Shown in pieces: positions 1 to 12,870 of a stretch of 64,000 bases of DNA. How positions within the stretch are numbered: the stretch's first letter is position 1; each line of letters begins with the position of its first letter. The notes below the pieces were generated by a model. It had not been told where the DNA came from. It saw only the letters and a program-made list of their open reading frames with translations, and did not search any database. This DNA is from Fonticula alba ATCC 38817 (lineage: Eukaryota; Protista; Nucleariida): NCBI GenBank assembly GCA_000388065.2, contig KB932207.1. One strand, written 5' to 3'. The position numbers were made by a program, and so were the translations under genes.

Positions 1-2455
1 CGGCCATATCACCCTGGGCGCTCGGCCGACCCCCCCGCCTGCCGCTAGACGGCCAGAGTCATGCCTGCCACGGCCGGCGGGAACCAGACGCACAGCGGCC
101 GCAGGGGTATATACGACCAGCCCCGGCTCGCGGTCCCCAGTTCCCCCGGCCCCGCCCCCCCAAGCAGGTCGCTCTCACGGGAGGGCTCCCGGGGCGGGCG
201 GAGGGGGGGGCATGACGACAGAAGCCCCCCGCGGCATGTACGCGCGCGCGCGGCCACACGCCGCCCGGCTGGCGGCTCCCCGGCCAGCGGGCCGGTTGTT
301 TACCCGGGCGACCGGGGCCGGTGGTGAGAAAGGCCCCCCGCCCCCCGGGCAGGCAGCGCCGCGGACGCCAATTTCCCCCCCCCCCGGGCGGGGGGGGGCG
401 ACTGTTCCACCCGGCGCCGGAGGCGGGCAGACAGGCCGGCGCGGGCGGACGAGTGGCAAGGCGCGCCGGGGTTGGGCCACCAGCTGAGCCGCGGCCGGTG
501 GGCTGCCGCCACACATGGGCTGCATTTTTGTGCGCCCCCCGCAGCCCCTCGGCCCCCCGGGTATGCCAGGGGGTACTTTCCCGGGACCCCCGGTTCCCGG
601 GATCGAGGTTCCCAAGGTGCTTGGCGTGCGCGAGACCTTCCCGGCCCGGCCCAGTCAGGCTGTCCGGCCTGGGGCAGGTGCGGCCGCCCGGCAACCGGCC
701 ATCTCCGCGACCCGGAAGCCGACGTTGCCGCGTCTCTCGCAGCCCCCTCGGCGCCGGCCGGGGGCCGGGGCGGGGGGGGGGGGGGGAGGGGGCGCCGCGC
801 GAAAACCATTGTTTGGGGGCAGGGGTATGCTCTGGCCCCCGTACGCGCGGGCGTGCGCTCGCCGCCTGGCGGTTGCCGGCTGCCGGCCCACGGGCTGCGC
901 GAATGCCCGGCATCCTTCCCCCCCCCCCGTGCCTGCCTGCCTGCCTGCCTGGAGAGCCGCGTCCCGTCTCTGAGACCCGGGTCCCAGTGGAACTGGCCCG
1001 AAGCGCGATGACCGGCCCGGCGCGGAGGCCCTGTTTCACACAATGGCCCGGGCCAGGTGAAACCCCTTCGGTGCGGATGCACGCGCCCGAGGGGCCGGCC
1101 CCCCCCCCCCCCCCCCCGTCCCGCTGGCTCTCCTCAGGTCACAATGCGCAGGGGCCGAGCGGCCGCGCGCCAGCGCGCCACGAATAGATGGCCTGGTCTC
1201 GGTCTCGGTCTCGGTCCCGGCCCCGGTCCCGGTCCCGGTCCCGGTCCCAGGTGGCCGGCCGGCCGCCCAATAGCAGCACGGCCTGACGCCCGCCACACCA
1301 AGGCGCTCGCGTCATGACACCGGCCGTGTTTGGACTCGGCCCCCCCTCCCTCCCTCCCACCCCATCACCTGGGGGCGGGGGGGGGGGGGGCAGGAGTGAG
1401 GGGCCCCCGCCTCCCAGGCCGACCCGGGGCTTGGCTCGGCCCGCCGCCGGCCCGGGTCGGACTATGCGTCCAGCGCCAGTCCGCCCCCCCTCCCCCCCCC
1501 CCCCCGGGGGAGGGGAGCGCGGGCGAGGCCCGCACGCGTCATCCATCCCGCACCCCAGGCAAGCGCCGCAGGGTAGTACAGCAGCCCGCCCGCCCCCCTG
1601 GAGGGGGGGGCGGACATACCCACGCGAGTGCGTCTGCTCGCTCGGGCATGCACTCGCACATGCGCGCGCTTGAGGGGCTGCCGCGTCGCCCGGACCGCGG
1701 CTGTCAGGTCCGCCCCCCCCCCCCCCCGCGTGGGCACGGGGCGCGGGCTTATTTTGCAGGCNNNNNNNNNNNNNNNNNNNNNNNNNNNNNNNNNNNNNNN
1801 NNNNNNNNNNNNNNNNNNNNNNNNNNNNNNNNNNNNNNNNNNNNNNNNNNNNNNNNNNNNNNNNNNNNNNNNNNNNNNNNNNNNNNNNNNNNNNNNNNNN
1901 NNNNNNNNNNNNNNNNNNNNNNNNNNNNNNNNNNNNNNNNNNNNNNNNNNNNNNNNNNNNNNNNNNNNNNNNNNNNNNNNNNNNNNNNNNNNNNNNNNNN
2001 NNNNNNNNNNNNNNNNNNNNNNNNNNNNNNNNNNNNNNNNNNNNNNNNNNNNNNNNNNNNNNNNNNNNNNNNNNNNNNNNNNNNNNNNNNNNNNNNNNNN
2101 NNNNNNCAGGCGGGGCACGCAATGGCGCGAGTGCCCGCCGCAGGCACCCGGCACAAGGTGTGCAATGAAACACTGGGCTCGTGCCAAGGCGGCCCGCACA
2201 TGGGGGGCCCGGCGCCGCCAAGGGCCCCTGCTGCGCGGCCGCCTCCCCCCCGGCCCCGCCCGGGGCGGCCCGCGCACCTCCGCAACTCCGCCCCCTCCCC
2301 GGTCGCGAGGCCCTCCTCCACGGAGCCCCCGCGGGCAGCCTCGCTGGGCGGCCCGGAAAAGAAAAAGCCCCCTCTGGCGCCTGCGCGCCAGAGACCCGGA
2401 CCCCCCTCCCGGCATACATGGCGGGCAGATTGCGCATGGCCGCAATGTTTCTCGG

Positions 2456-2491
<36 letters not shown>

Positions 2492-5334
2492 GGGCCCGGC
2501 CCCGGCGGGCTATGCCGAGACCGTGTGCACACACCGCCGACAGCCCAGCCGGGCCGGCATGCGCGCCTTCCATCGAACACCGGCCCGCCGAGGAAGCGCG
2601 CCCCCTAGGCGGCGCGACGGGCGCGCTCCAGCCTCCTCAAGAGGCAACTCCCCCCCAGCCGCGGGAGACGAGGGCCGGGGGCGGACCGGCGGGCAGCCGA
2701 CCGGCCATGGGGGCGCGCCAGTGCGCGGCACAGGCACCTCCGGGCCCCTTCCCGGCACCGGCCCGAGGCATGAGTCATCTCGAGGCGTCCGGGCCGGCAG
2801 GGCTGGCCGGGGCAGAACCAAAACGACGCCGCCCGATGCCCTGCAACATGAATCACACCGGTACACGGCCATCCCGGGAAGGCGGATGGCCGCCGACCTG
2901 GTCGGCTGGAAGGCCATCATCAGGCAGACACACATTAATGCAGGCATATATGTATATGCGCACACACACACACTCGCACATTAGGCCCGCCCACCTCGCG
3001 CCCCGGACAGGTGAGAGGGCCCGTCAGCCGGGGAGGGCGGTCCGGCCGTTTCCCGGCCCCGCCCCGTGCCCCCTCCCCCCCCGAGTCGTGCGGGCCCTCG
3101 GGCGGCGGGGGGAGGGGGGGGGGGGCGCTGCCCTTCGCAACAGCTTCGCCAGCTGGCTCGAGAGCCGGCCGCGGCCTGTCTCCCCCCGCCCCCGCCCCGC
3201 CGCCCCGCGCACGAGGCGCGCGAAGCCCGGCCGCGGAGACTAGACGCTGACACAGCCGGGCACAGAGGGGCAATGAGGCAGCCGAAAAATGACCCCTCGC
3301 CATTCACACACACACAGCGCAGCCCATATTACGACCCCTGCGCCTTGCGGTGTGGGAATCATTGGACTTGGCATTTTTTTCCCTCCCCAACTCATCCTCC
3401 CCCGGGCCCGGACCCCGGCGCGGCGGCCTCCCTCCCCGGGCATGCTGGCGCGCGGCCGTGCAGGGACGCACACGCCACCACCTGCCCCCGGCGCCCCGGG
3501 ACGAAGGGGCCACCGCGGCCGGCCCCGGCGGAGAGAACATGCCAGCGCGGCCTGCTCGACGCGCGGGAATTCGTCCCCCACCCAGAGGGGAGGCCCCTAT
3601 TGCACACGAACACACACACACGAACACACACATGCACACACATGCACACACATGTGCATACACGCATGCACGTCCACACGTCCACACGCACGCAAGCACG
3701 CACCTAAAAAGACCCCACCCCCCGAGGTGCCATTCATCTTCCCAGCCGGCCGCCCCGGACGCAGGACTTTCGGCAGGCAACAAGCAGGCCCAAGGGCCGG
3801 GTTCCGAACACCGTCCGGCCAAGCGGCGTACCCCCCTCTCGCCTGCCCACACCTCCCCCACAGCGGTGCAAGCGCACTCGCCTCCCCCCTGCCTGGCGCC
3901 CACGAATAAAAAAAAACAACCCCCCGCACAGGTACACCCCCCCCCCTCCCCCCTCGCTGGCCCATTCCCCGAGTCGCACTCCTCGCCACACACAGAGCAC
4001 TCTAGCGAATCCGACCTGACATTCAACGGAATAGGGCGTCCACCGGACTTTCTGGCGAAACCCGCATGTTGAGCCCCCCGCCACGAGACCGCCGGCCCGG
4101 CCCGGCCCGCCCGGACGATGATCATATTGTTTCCCCCCCAGCCCCCCGGACCTCCGCATACGTCCCTTTTGGGCAGGGATGGCCCAGGCGTGTGTTGCGC
4201 GAATTCGAGGGGCAGAAGCGCAAGCCGGGCCCACCGGCAAGCCGGGCCCCGGGATCCCCCTCGGGAAGGGGCTCGACCGATTCGGGCGCCAATATATGCC
4301 CTTTGATATTCCCCACATCATTAGCAGACACGGGGAAGAAGGACCGCGCGAGAGGCCCAACGAGGGGCGAGGGCACATCCCCCTCCCCCCCCCCCCCCCC
4401 CGCCGGCAGGCACCCATCACACGGCGGGAGCATGAATGTTCGCGGCGCCGTCCTCGCAGCCGTCTTGCCCGTCTGCCTGCCCAAGAACATTCGACGGATG
4501 CCCCGCCCCATGCTCCCCACGCTTCGCCCCCCTCCCCCGCCCCACCCGTCGACCGAGGGCCGGAGGGACGCTCGCCCTGGTTGGCCCAGCTAACAGGCCA
4601 TCCCCGATTAAGGCACACTAAACCGAATGGACCGCCCCGCTCGCAGGTGGCGCCTTCCCGCGGAGCACCTCCCCACCCAGCAACCCTAGACCCAGGAGCC
4701 GGCAAGGACCCCGCCGGCCGTGGGCATGTCAGTCACCCCCGCCGGCCGTGGTGTGTTTGCATCTGCGTATTTTCTCGTCGCCAGCTGGCGAGCGTGTGTA
4801 TGTCCACCTTTCCCCGCCCGCCGGCCCCCCTAAATGAGGACAGCCCGCAGTTCTCTCGGCGTGCCCCCACTGAGAGTGCCTCGCCGCCCTGTCCCCCCAT
4901 CCCTCGCGTACGTGTGTGTGTGTGTGTGTTGAACGCATCGAGCAAGGGTTGACACAGATCTGTGCGGCCATACATTTTATCCGCCACAAAATTACTCACT
5001 CGCGCACGAGGGAATGAAAGTCCACAGGGGAGGAGGAGAAGCATGGGCAGAGACGTTGGGCTGACCACGGCCAGGCATGGGGCACGGCGGCATGCAGCCG
5101 GACCAAGGGAGGGGGGGGGACGCCGACCTGCCGTCGGAGGACGCACAGGAAAGATGGAGCGGAGACGGGCACCCCCACCGCCAGCTGGCGGCAGGGGAAG
5201 CCCCGGCCGCCCCCCCTCTGAGGAGGTGGAGGCCAGGAAAAGGGACGCACACGGCTTGGCCTTCGACTTGCCGCTCCCCTCGGGAATGTCGCCCCGCCCT
5301 CCTCCGGCTCGGGCTCCGGCTCCGGGGTCCCTCC

Positions 5335-6099
5335 TCACTCCGGGATGACCGAGTTGACGGCCTGCTTCAGCAGCTCAACAAAGCGCAGGACGTCCGCGTA
5401 CGAGGAGTACAACGCCTGGGGGGAGACGCTGTGTTTTTTTTTTTCCCCCCCACACCACCCGAGCCCATGCCCCGGGCGCAGCGCGCGCGCGCGCGATCAT
5501 CGTAGGCACAGGTGTCAGTGCCCCGTTCACATCGTCGGGCTCCAAGGGCCAGGGACCACCCTGCTCTCCTCCCGGCTCCATCGCACGGAAAGTCCGATGG
5601 CCGCGCCACACGGGCCGAGGAGGGCAAAGGCAGGAGGAAGGCGAAAGAAGGGACAAAAGAGAGAACCACCAAGAGCACCCCAACAAATGTTCACCCCCGC
5701 CGTGTGGCGCACGCACCGGATGACATCCGGCTCGCGGAAGTCGCACAGGACGCCGCGGGCCTCGAGGGCGCGGTGAACCGAGCGCGAGGTCTCGCGGCAG
5801 CCGCCGCGGCCGATCAGCAGGCTGACGTGGCCGCCCCGCTCGGCCGGCTCCAGCGACGTCAGAAGGCCGATCTGCTTGCCAAGCAGGCCCGCCTCCTCCA
5901 GCAGGTAATGCAGGAAGGCCGCCAGGCGAATGGACTTGGCCCGGCGGGTGGCCGGGGTGGTCTTATCGAAGACCACCAGCGACGCGCGCAGGGTGGCCAG
6001 CGCGAAGGGCGAGGCATTCGAGATGACGAACCCCGGGGCCCCGTGGACATAGTCGGTGACTGAACGGGGTCACCCAGCGAGGCGGTGTGCGTGCGTACG

Positions 6100-6144
<45 letters not shown>

Positions 6145-6635
6145 GCGAGAGAGCCGATGGGGGGACCCGAGCAGCGGCCAGGTCAGCAGCCAGGCGCATG
6201 GGCGAGAGGAGAAACCCCGGCGCAGCACCGGAGGGAGGCGGGAGATCCCCCTCCCGACGGCGATGGCAGGCACAACCCCGGCCCCGAACACGCACCATTG
6301 TCCATGCGGAAGCGCGTCTCCATCGAGTGGCCGATCCAGCCACTGAGGCGCACACTGTCCGGGCCCATGTCGGCCCACTTGTCGTGAACGAACACACCGC
6401 CAATGGACCCGGGCCCGGCGTTCATGTACTTGTAGGTGCACCAGGCAGCGAAGTCCACGCCCCAAGCGTGCAGGGCCAGCGGGATGGCGCCGGCCGCGTG
6501 AGCCAGGTCAAAGCCCACACGGATGTCCGCGTGCGTGCGGTTGGCATGCGCCGTGATCTCGGCCATGGGCATCTGCTGGCCGGTCAGGTGGTGGGCACCG
6601 GGCAGGAGGATCATGGCCAGGCTGTCGGCGTTCTG

Positions 6636-6691
<56 letters not shown>

Positions 6692-6985
6692 CGCGTATGT
6701 GTATGTATGCGCGCATATGCACGTATGTACGCGCCAGAGAGCGAGCCAGGCAGAGGGTCAGAGGCAGTATGGGCGACACCGGCGAGGGAGGGGCAGGTGG
6801 TCGGTGCCACACGGGCCCAGGCAGCGGCGGCCAATTCGCACCTCATCGATGGCGGCCTTGATGTCCTCAAGGCGCAGGATGCGCTCGCCATCGCGCGGCT
6901 TGACGACAATCATCGCGTCATCGGGATTGCGCCCGTGCAGGCGGATCTGCGTCTGGATGGCATACTACGGTGTGGAGGTCGGTGC

Positions 6986-7017
<32 letters not shown>

Positions 7018-7778
7018 CAAAAATGGCTGGTCAGAGGGCACATCAAACCGCGGCATCACACCGACGAGAGCACACCCAGGCAGGGGAACCAAAGGCCCAA
7101 GTCGCGCCCCAGCGAACATGTAGGCCCGGGGAACTGCCCGCCAGCGGCCTGCTCCCCGGCTTGTAGGAGACCCCCCCCCCGGCGGGCTTCCTGTGCTTGA
7201 CGTACCCAGTCACTCGGGAAGGCGCCCAGCTCGCAGAGGATCTTGAAGCGCGTGGCCGTCGGACGATAGAAGGCCGCCATCATCAGGTGCAGGTTCACGG
7301 TCAGGGCATTCATGGAGATGACCTCGTGCCGGTACCGGGCGCCGACCATGATGGCCAGCGACTCGCGGATGTCCTCATCGCCATCCACCCAGGCACGGTG
7401 GTGGGGCGGCTTGCCGGGGTGGTCGAAGTGCGCCAGGACCGCATGCGACCCCCAGGCGGACAGCTCATTGTTCATCAGCTCCCCGGCCATGGTCGGCATG
7501 AGGCCCAGCGAGTGGCCGCACAGGTACAGGCAGGGGGCGGACTCCTGGCCATTCTTGGCGGCGTACTCCCGCGCGGCCGGGATGTTCCCCAGCGCCGGGA
7601 TCGTGAAGTGCTGCGACAGGCCGGCCAGAGGGTCAGCGGCGTCCAGCGCGGCGGCCATGGCAGCCGGCGTGGCGTCCGGCAGCCCGGCAGCCAGGGTGTC
7701 GAGCTCGGCACGCAGCTCGGCCGCCGTCGGGACCACGCACGCGGCGAGGGCGGTCTCGTTGGTATTTTCGAAGGCCAT
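5335..7778 (-). CDS. KYNU: Kynureninase (PLP-dependent), 5 exons: ~7778-7206, 6964-6842, 6632-6296, 6059-5717, 5428-5335
   Basis: The spliced product carries YLCGHSLGLMP, MNALTVNLHLMMAAFYRPTATRFKIL, ELGAFPSDWYA, GFDLAHAAGAIPLALHAWGVDFAAWCTYKYMNAGPG (PLP lysine), GFVISN and DFREPDVIRVSPQALYSSYADVLRFVELL. All four introns are GT-AG and phases are consistent. Confidence 0.95.
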
Positions 7779-8524
7779 GGTGATTGTGAGGTGTCTGGGC
7801 GGCAGGGGGGGGGGGGGACAGACAGGGGGTTGCCAGGAGCGGCGATGCCGGGCGGGGGCTGGTCCGGGTGCTGATAAAGCGGCGAAGTGGTGAAGAGAGA
7901 CTCGACCGTTCCACCTACGGAGGGGGGGGGCGGCGGCGGCGGGAGGCGCCTGTCCAGCTGGTCATGCTGCGTGTCATGACAGAGGGACTCGGTCATGCAC
8001 ACGGACGCCCCCGAACGGGCCGGGCCGGAGCCGGGATCGAGGGGTGGGACATGTGCCGGGTCTAGTCGGGGCCTTCGTTGGCACTTGGTTATCCGCCCTG
8101 TTTCACCCGGGGCCCGTGTCGTTGGTGCCGGCTCGGCGCCCCCCCCCCCCCCCCCCCCCCCCCGCCCCCCTCGCCTGCTCTTGCCCGAGCACGCGATCTG
8201 CCACCTCCTCGGCCAGGCACATGGGCGGGATCTTCCTTGTCCATGCGTCCCGGAGGGGATGCCGCACAGGCAAGATTCAAGGGACATGCACCGGAAGGTG
8301 TGTCCATGTCCTCGCCCGAGCCAGCGGTATGGGCGGGACTGTTTGCATTTGCCGGGCACAGCTCGACTGAAGAAAGGGAGAGGTCTATTCTCGCCGCGGA
8401 GAGGACTGCGCACGGCGGAAAGGCGCAAAATAGGGAGGAAACAAGGACAGATGATATTTTTGCGAGTGTGTGTGTGTGTGTGTGTGTGATAGAGAGAATG
8501 TGTGCCTGGACGCCAGGGGCAGCG

Positions 8525-11500
8525 TCAGTTGTCAAGTTTGACCGAGGCCAGTGAGACGACATTCTCGCGTGGTTCGACTGCACAGGGCGCGTGCCGAGCA
8601 GATGTCCCCAGGTTGCGGCGCCACCGAGAGGCACGGGCCGGGAAAGAGAGAGAGAGAGAGAGAGGGAAAGGGAGAAAGGCACAGAGGGGGGTGGCAGGCA
8701 CGAGCGGAAGAGGGTCAGTAAAGGGCGGCGCAGGGGCATGACCCCCCTCCCCCTCCCCCGGGCGAGGCATGGCCAAAGCACAGAGAGGCAGGGGGACACG
8801 GCAAAGGGGGAAAGAAAAAAAAAGGCCCCCCCACCAGGTGGAGGGTTTGTCCCGGACGCAGCGAACGCACTCTCCAGGGACCGTTGATACAGCAGCCGGT
8901 CATCCAGGCCACGCACGCCACGCAGGAAGGCCTGGGCCTTCTCATCGGCCTCAAAGCGCCCGGAGTACGACACCCGTTGGTACATACGAATGGCTTCCAG
9001 CGTGTGGTGGAGCTTGAGGCACTTGTCGAAATTGACCAGGCGCTTCATGGGCGGCGGCATGGTGCTCGTTTGCGGGGTGGACCCGCTGCTGCCGGCATTC
9101 GAGGAGGAGGCCGAGGACACCGCCGAGGGGGGAAGCGGCGGCGCCGGGGGCGGAGACGGCGGGCCGGGGTTGGCCATGCCGCCGCCCGGCGTCCCGGGCG
9201 AGATGACCTCCCACCCGGGGAAGCCAAGCAGCGTGCCGGAGGAGCTGGCCATGTGGGACGACCCGCCGCCCGGGCCGGCGGGCATGGGCCCGGCAACCGC
9301 GCCCGGGCCCGGCGGATCGGCCGGAGTCATGGCCGGGGCCGTGTTCAGCACCGCCGGAGCCGGCTGCGGCCCCGGCAGCGGGACATAAATGTAGTCCGGA
9401 TTGGCATCCTCGATGAAGGTCAAGTCCGTGAGGAAGACCCCGAGGAAGGGCACCACCGGCAGGTCCACCGACCGCAAGGCCTGTCGATAGGCGCGGAAGT
9501 TGTTGCGCGTCGAGGCCAGGTTCCCCAGCAGGCGATAGGCCTCCAGGTGGTTGAGGCCCCCGCCGCCGGCCCCGCCGGCCCCGCGGTCCGGGTCCACATC
9601 CTCCAGGCCATACGGGTCGCTGGTGATCCCGGCCCAGGTCTGCTTCAGGCGGTAAACCGACGAGGTTTCCAGCGCCCCGATGATGGTGACCGCGGCGTTG
9701 AAGTTATTCAGCGCCAGGGAGTAGTGGGCCAGCTCGATGAAGAATCTGAGCGCCTGGCGCCGGCACCGCACGGTCGACCCCTCCAGCACCTTGGTCGCCA
9801 CCCACAGGGCCAGGCGGTTGGTGTGCTCGATGACGGCCACGATGTTGGGCGCGCGCACCATGTTGCATTGGGCCGAGGCGGCGGCGGCGGCGGCGGCGGC
9901 GGCGGCCGAGTCGCCGGATTCCTTGGCACTGCCGCGGGTGGCCTTGCCACCGGTGCCAGCCCGGCCGGCGCGGCTGCCCTTGCCCGTTTGGCTGGCATCG
10001 GAGGACTTGCGCCGCGAGCGCCAAACCGAGTCACGCTCGGCCGCCAGCAGCGCGGCATCCCCCCCGGCAGGGGGCCCGGTGCCTGTGGGAAGCCCGGCCC
10101 CGGAGGCGCCCGCATGGGGGCCGGCTCGCCCGGCGCCGGGGCCCTTCTTCCGCCGGGGCGGCTGCCAGCCCTGGCCGAGACACTCGTCGCGTGTGATGCG
10201 CTGATACAGGGCAAACTCGATGAGGGCCAGCTGCTCGGCCAAGTGCCGGGGATCAAACTGCAGCCAGTCACGCGACAGCTCCGAGTGCAGGAGATCCGCC
10301 ATGGATGAGGGAGTCAGTGGCGGGGAGGCGGCCGGGAGAGTTGCCGCGGCCGAGGGCGAGGCCCCGGGTCCGGCGCTTTGCGGAACCGTGCCACGGCGCC
10401 GGGCCAAGTCCTCCGGCGGCGGCGGCGCCGGCGGCGGCACCGGCAGCGGAGCCGAGGGCTTGCGCATGCCGCGGCGTGCATCCAAGAGCCCCGGGGCCGC
10501 AGAGGCAACCCCGGAAGCCGCATGGGCCACCAGGCCCGGCGCTTGGGTGGCGCTCGGTGCCCCGCCAGCGATCGACGAGGCATAGTGCTTCTGGAGCTGA
10601 GCGATGGAGAGAGGGAGAGAGGGAGAGAGGGAGAGAGGGAGAGGGAGAGAGNNNNNNNNNNNNNNNNNNNNNNNNNNNNNNNNNNNNNNNNNNNNNNNNN
10701 NNNGAGAGAGAGAGAGAGAGAGAGCCGGCCGGAGGCAGGCCGACCGCCCATGGAACCAGGAGGATCCCGTTGGTCAGTCGATGGCTCGTCGGGACACCGC
10801 AGGAGGGGAGGCCCGAAAGGGGCCGGAAAAAGGAATGACAAGCAACAGGCAACAGGAATCATCCGCCCCTGCCCCCCCCCCCCCCACGTCTCCAGTGCCC
10901 GGGAATGGATGCTTGTGCGTACGTTCTCCCGATACAGCCGGTTCAGGGTGCGCGCGGCGCGCGGCATGTGCATGCTCATGTGCCGCTCGAGGAAGGTCAG
11001 GAGCTTGGCAGCCAGGCTGCCCGGCGGCGGGGCCTGGCCCGGGTCCAGCACCGACGCCGTGGGGCCGGTGACCCCGAGCCCGGCGGCGCCCTCGGAGGAG
11101 TGCCAGTCGGCGAAGTGGCCGGTCAGCCAGGCGCGCAGGGTGTTGTACACCCGCATGCGAGTCGGCATGAGCCGATGCTCCACGAACACCACGAACTCCG
11201 GGAATGTCAGGTCGAAGGGCGGCAGGAGGTTGTACCGCCGGATGAGGGCCGCCAGCAGCTGGTGCGGCGACATGAAGCACCGGTAGGACAGGAGGAAGGC
11301 CCGGAGGAAGCTCGGATCAATGATTTGAGGATGGGTCAGGCGGACCAGCAGGGCCTCCGGGGTGCCGGCCTTGACCGGCAGGTCGCCGTGGCTGCCGCCG
11401 GCCGCGGCCGCCGCCATGGCCGCCAGCGCCGCCGGGCTCGTGGTGTCCAGCACCAAGTCCCCGATGGTGATGTAACTGTCATAGCTCGGATCGGACAGGA

Positions 11501-12837
11501 GCTGGGCCCGGGCGAGTGGGCAGATGGCCACCCCGGCGGCCACGCTGGTGCCGAAGTCGCCCCCGGGCCCGGGCGCCCCGGACACATGGACCTCACAGAG
11601 GGCCGCCTCCTCCAGCGCCCGGCGGACCAGGCTGGCCAGGCGCGTGGTCCGCCGGTGCCGGGCATTCTGCCGGGCCCGGAAGCGCCGGGCCGCCCGGCCA
11701 TACGCCTGGTTGGCCAGGACCAGGGCCTTGACATTCAGCAGGCATGCATGCCCGGAGGGGAGGACCGGCGTGATGCCGTCCAGTGACGCCAGCAGCGGCG
11801 GCCCGACCGGCAGGTCCATCTCGTCGGGGCCACTGCCGGGCGGGCCGGCCGGGCCCAGCGGCAGGGCCCCGGCCCCCATGGGCGCCTCCTGCGGCGAGGT
11901 CGGCAAGGATCGAGTCCCATACGCCCCGCGCAGGGAGGCCGCCCAGGCAAGCTCGCCCTGGCCGGCGGCGCGGCGCTCGGCGTCCGGATCCAGCCGCAAG
12001 CAGGCCGTCACCAGGGTGACCACCACCTTGAAAGCCACGCCCAGGGCCCCGGCCGCCGAGCACATCCAGTCCGCCGCCTCGGCCGGGGGCCACACCCCGG
12101 AGGCCAGGGCCGCCGACTCGGTGAGCTTCAGGCCGGCCGCTGACACGGCCAAAATCCGGGGGTTCAACTCCAGGCGGATGTCCCGCAGGGCCCCGGCCAG
12201 GATGGCCGTCGTGGCGGCCAGCTCCGGCAGGGTCACCGGCACGGGGGCCGGAGCACTGGCACCGTTGGCGGAGCAGCCGGTCGGCGATCCGGGCGGCAGG
12301 GCCCCGGCGGGTGCGGTCGCGGGCCCAGCCGCCGTCGCCGCCGTTGCCGCCGCCGCCGCCGCTGCCGCCGCCGCCGCCGCCGGCGGTGGGCTAAAGACAG
12401 CCGGCGGGATGAGCAGGCTCAATGGGGCCGGGCCCCCGGCCGGGTCGGCCCCGGGCGTCGCCGTCAGCACCACCGGCAGCGGAGACATCGGAGCGGCCGA
12501 GGACAGGCCAACCAGCGGCGGGGACCCGGCCGGGGCCAGGGTGGCCGCCTGTTCGCGCCACCGGCCAATCGACAGCTGGACCATGCGCATGGCGCGGCTG
12601 GTCTCCTCGACCACGGCCCGGGCACGGACCTGGTAGAGGGCCCGCTCGCCGGCCAGCCGGGCCGCATGCAGTTGCCGCAGGTGCCGGACCAGGGCATGCG
12701 TGTGAACATCCAGCGAGCTGACCAGGGCTTCCATCTCCGAAATGACCGGCGAGAAGAAGCTCGAAACTGTGGTAGGGGCGTCAGAAGGCGTGCTTGGAAA
12801 GTGGGTGCCCGAGAAGGGGCTGGGTCTCCTGCTCTCT

Positions 12838-12870
<33 letters not shown>

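Noticed and set aside
1-25. cggccatatcaccctgggcgc resembles the 5' end of 5S rRNA (CGGCCATACCACCCTGAACGC)
   Set aside because: Similarity stops after ~21 nt, and there are no internal A/C boxes or 3' helix.
5016-5023. GAAAGTCC, like RNase MRP/P conserved region I
   Set aside because: No matching CR-V or P4 partner was found downstream, and it is too short.
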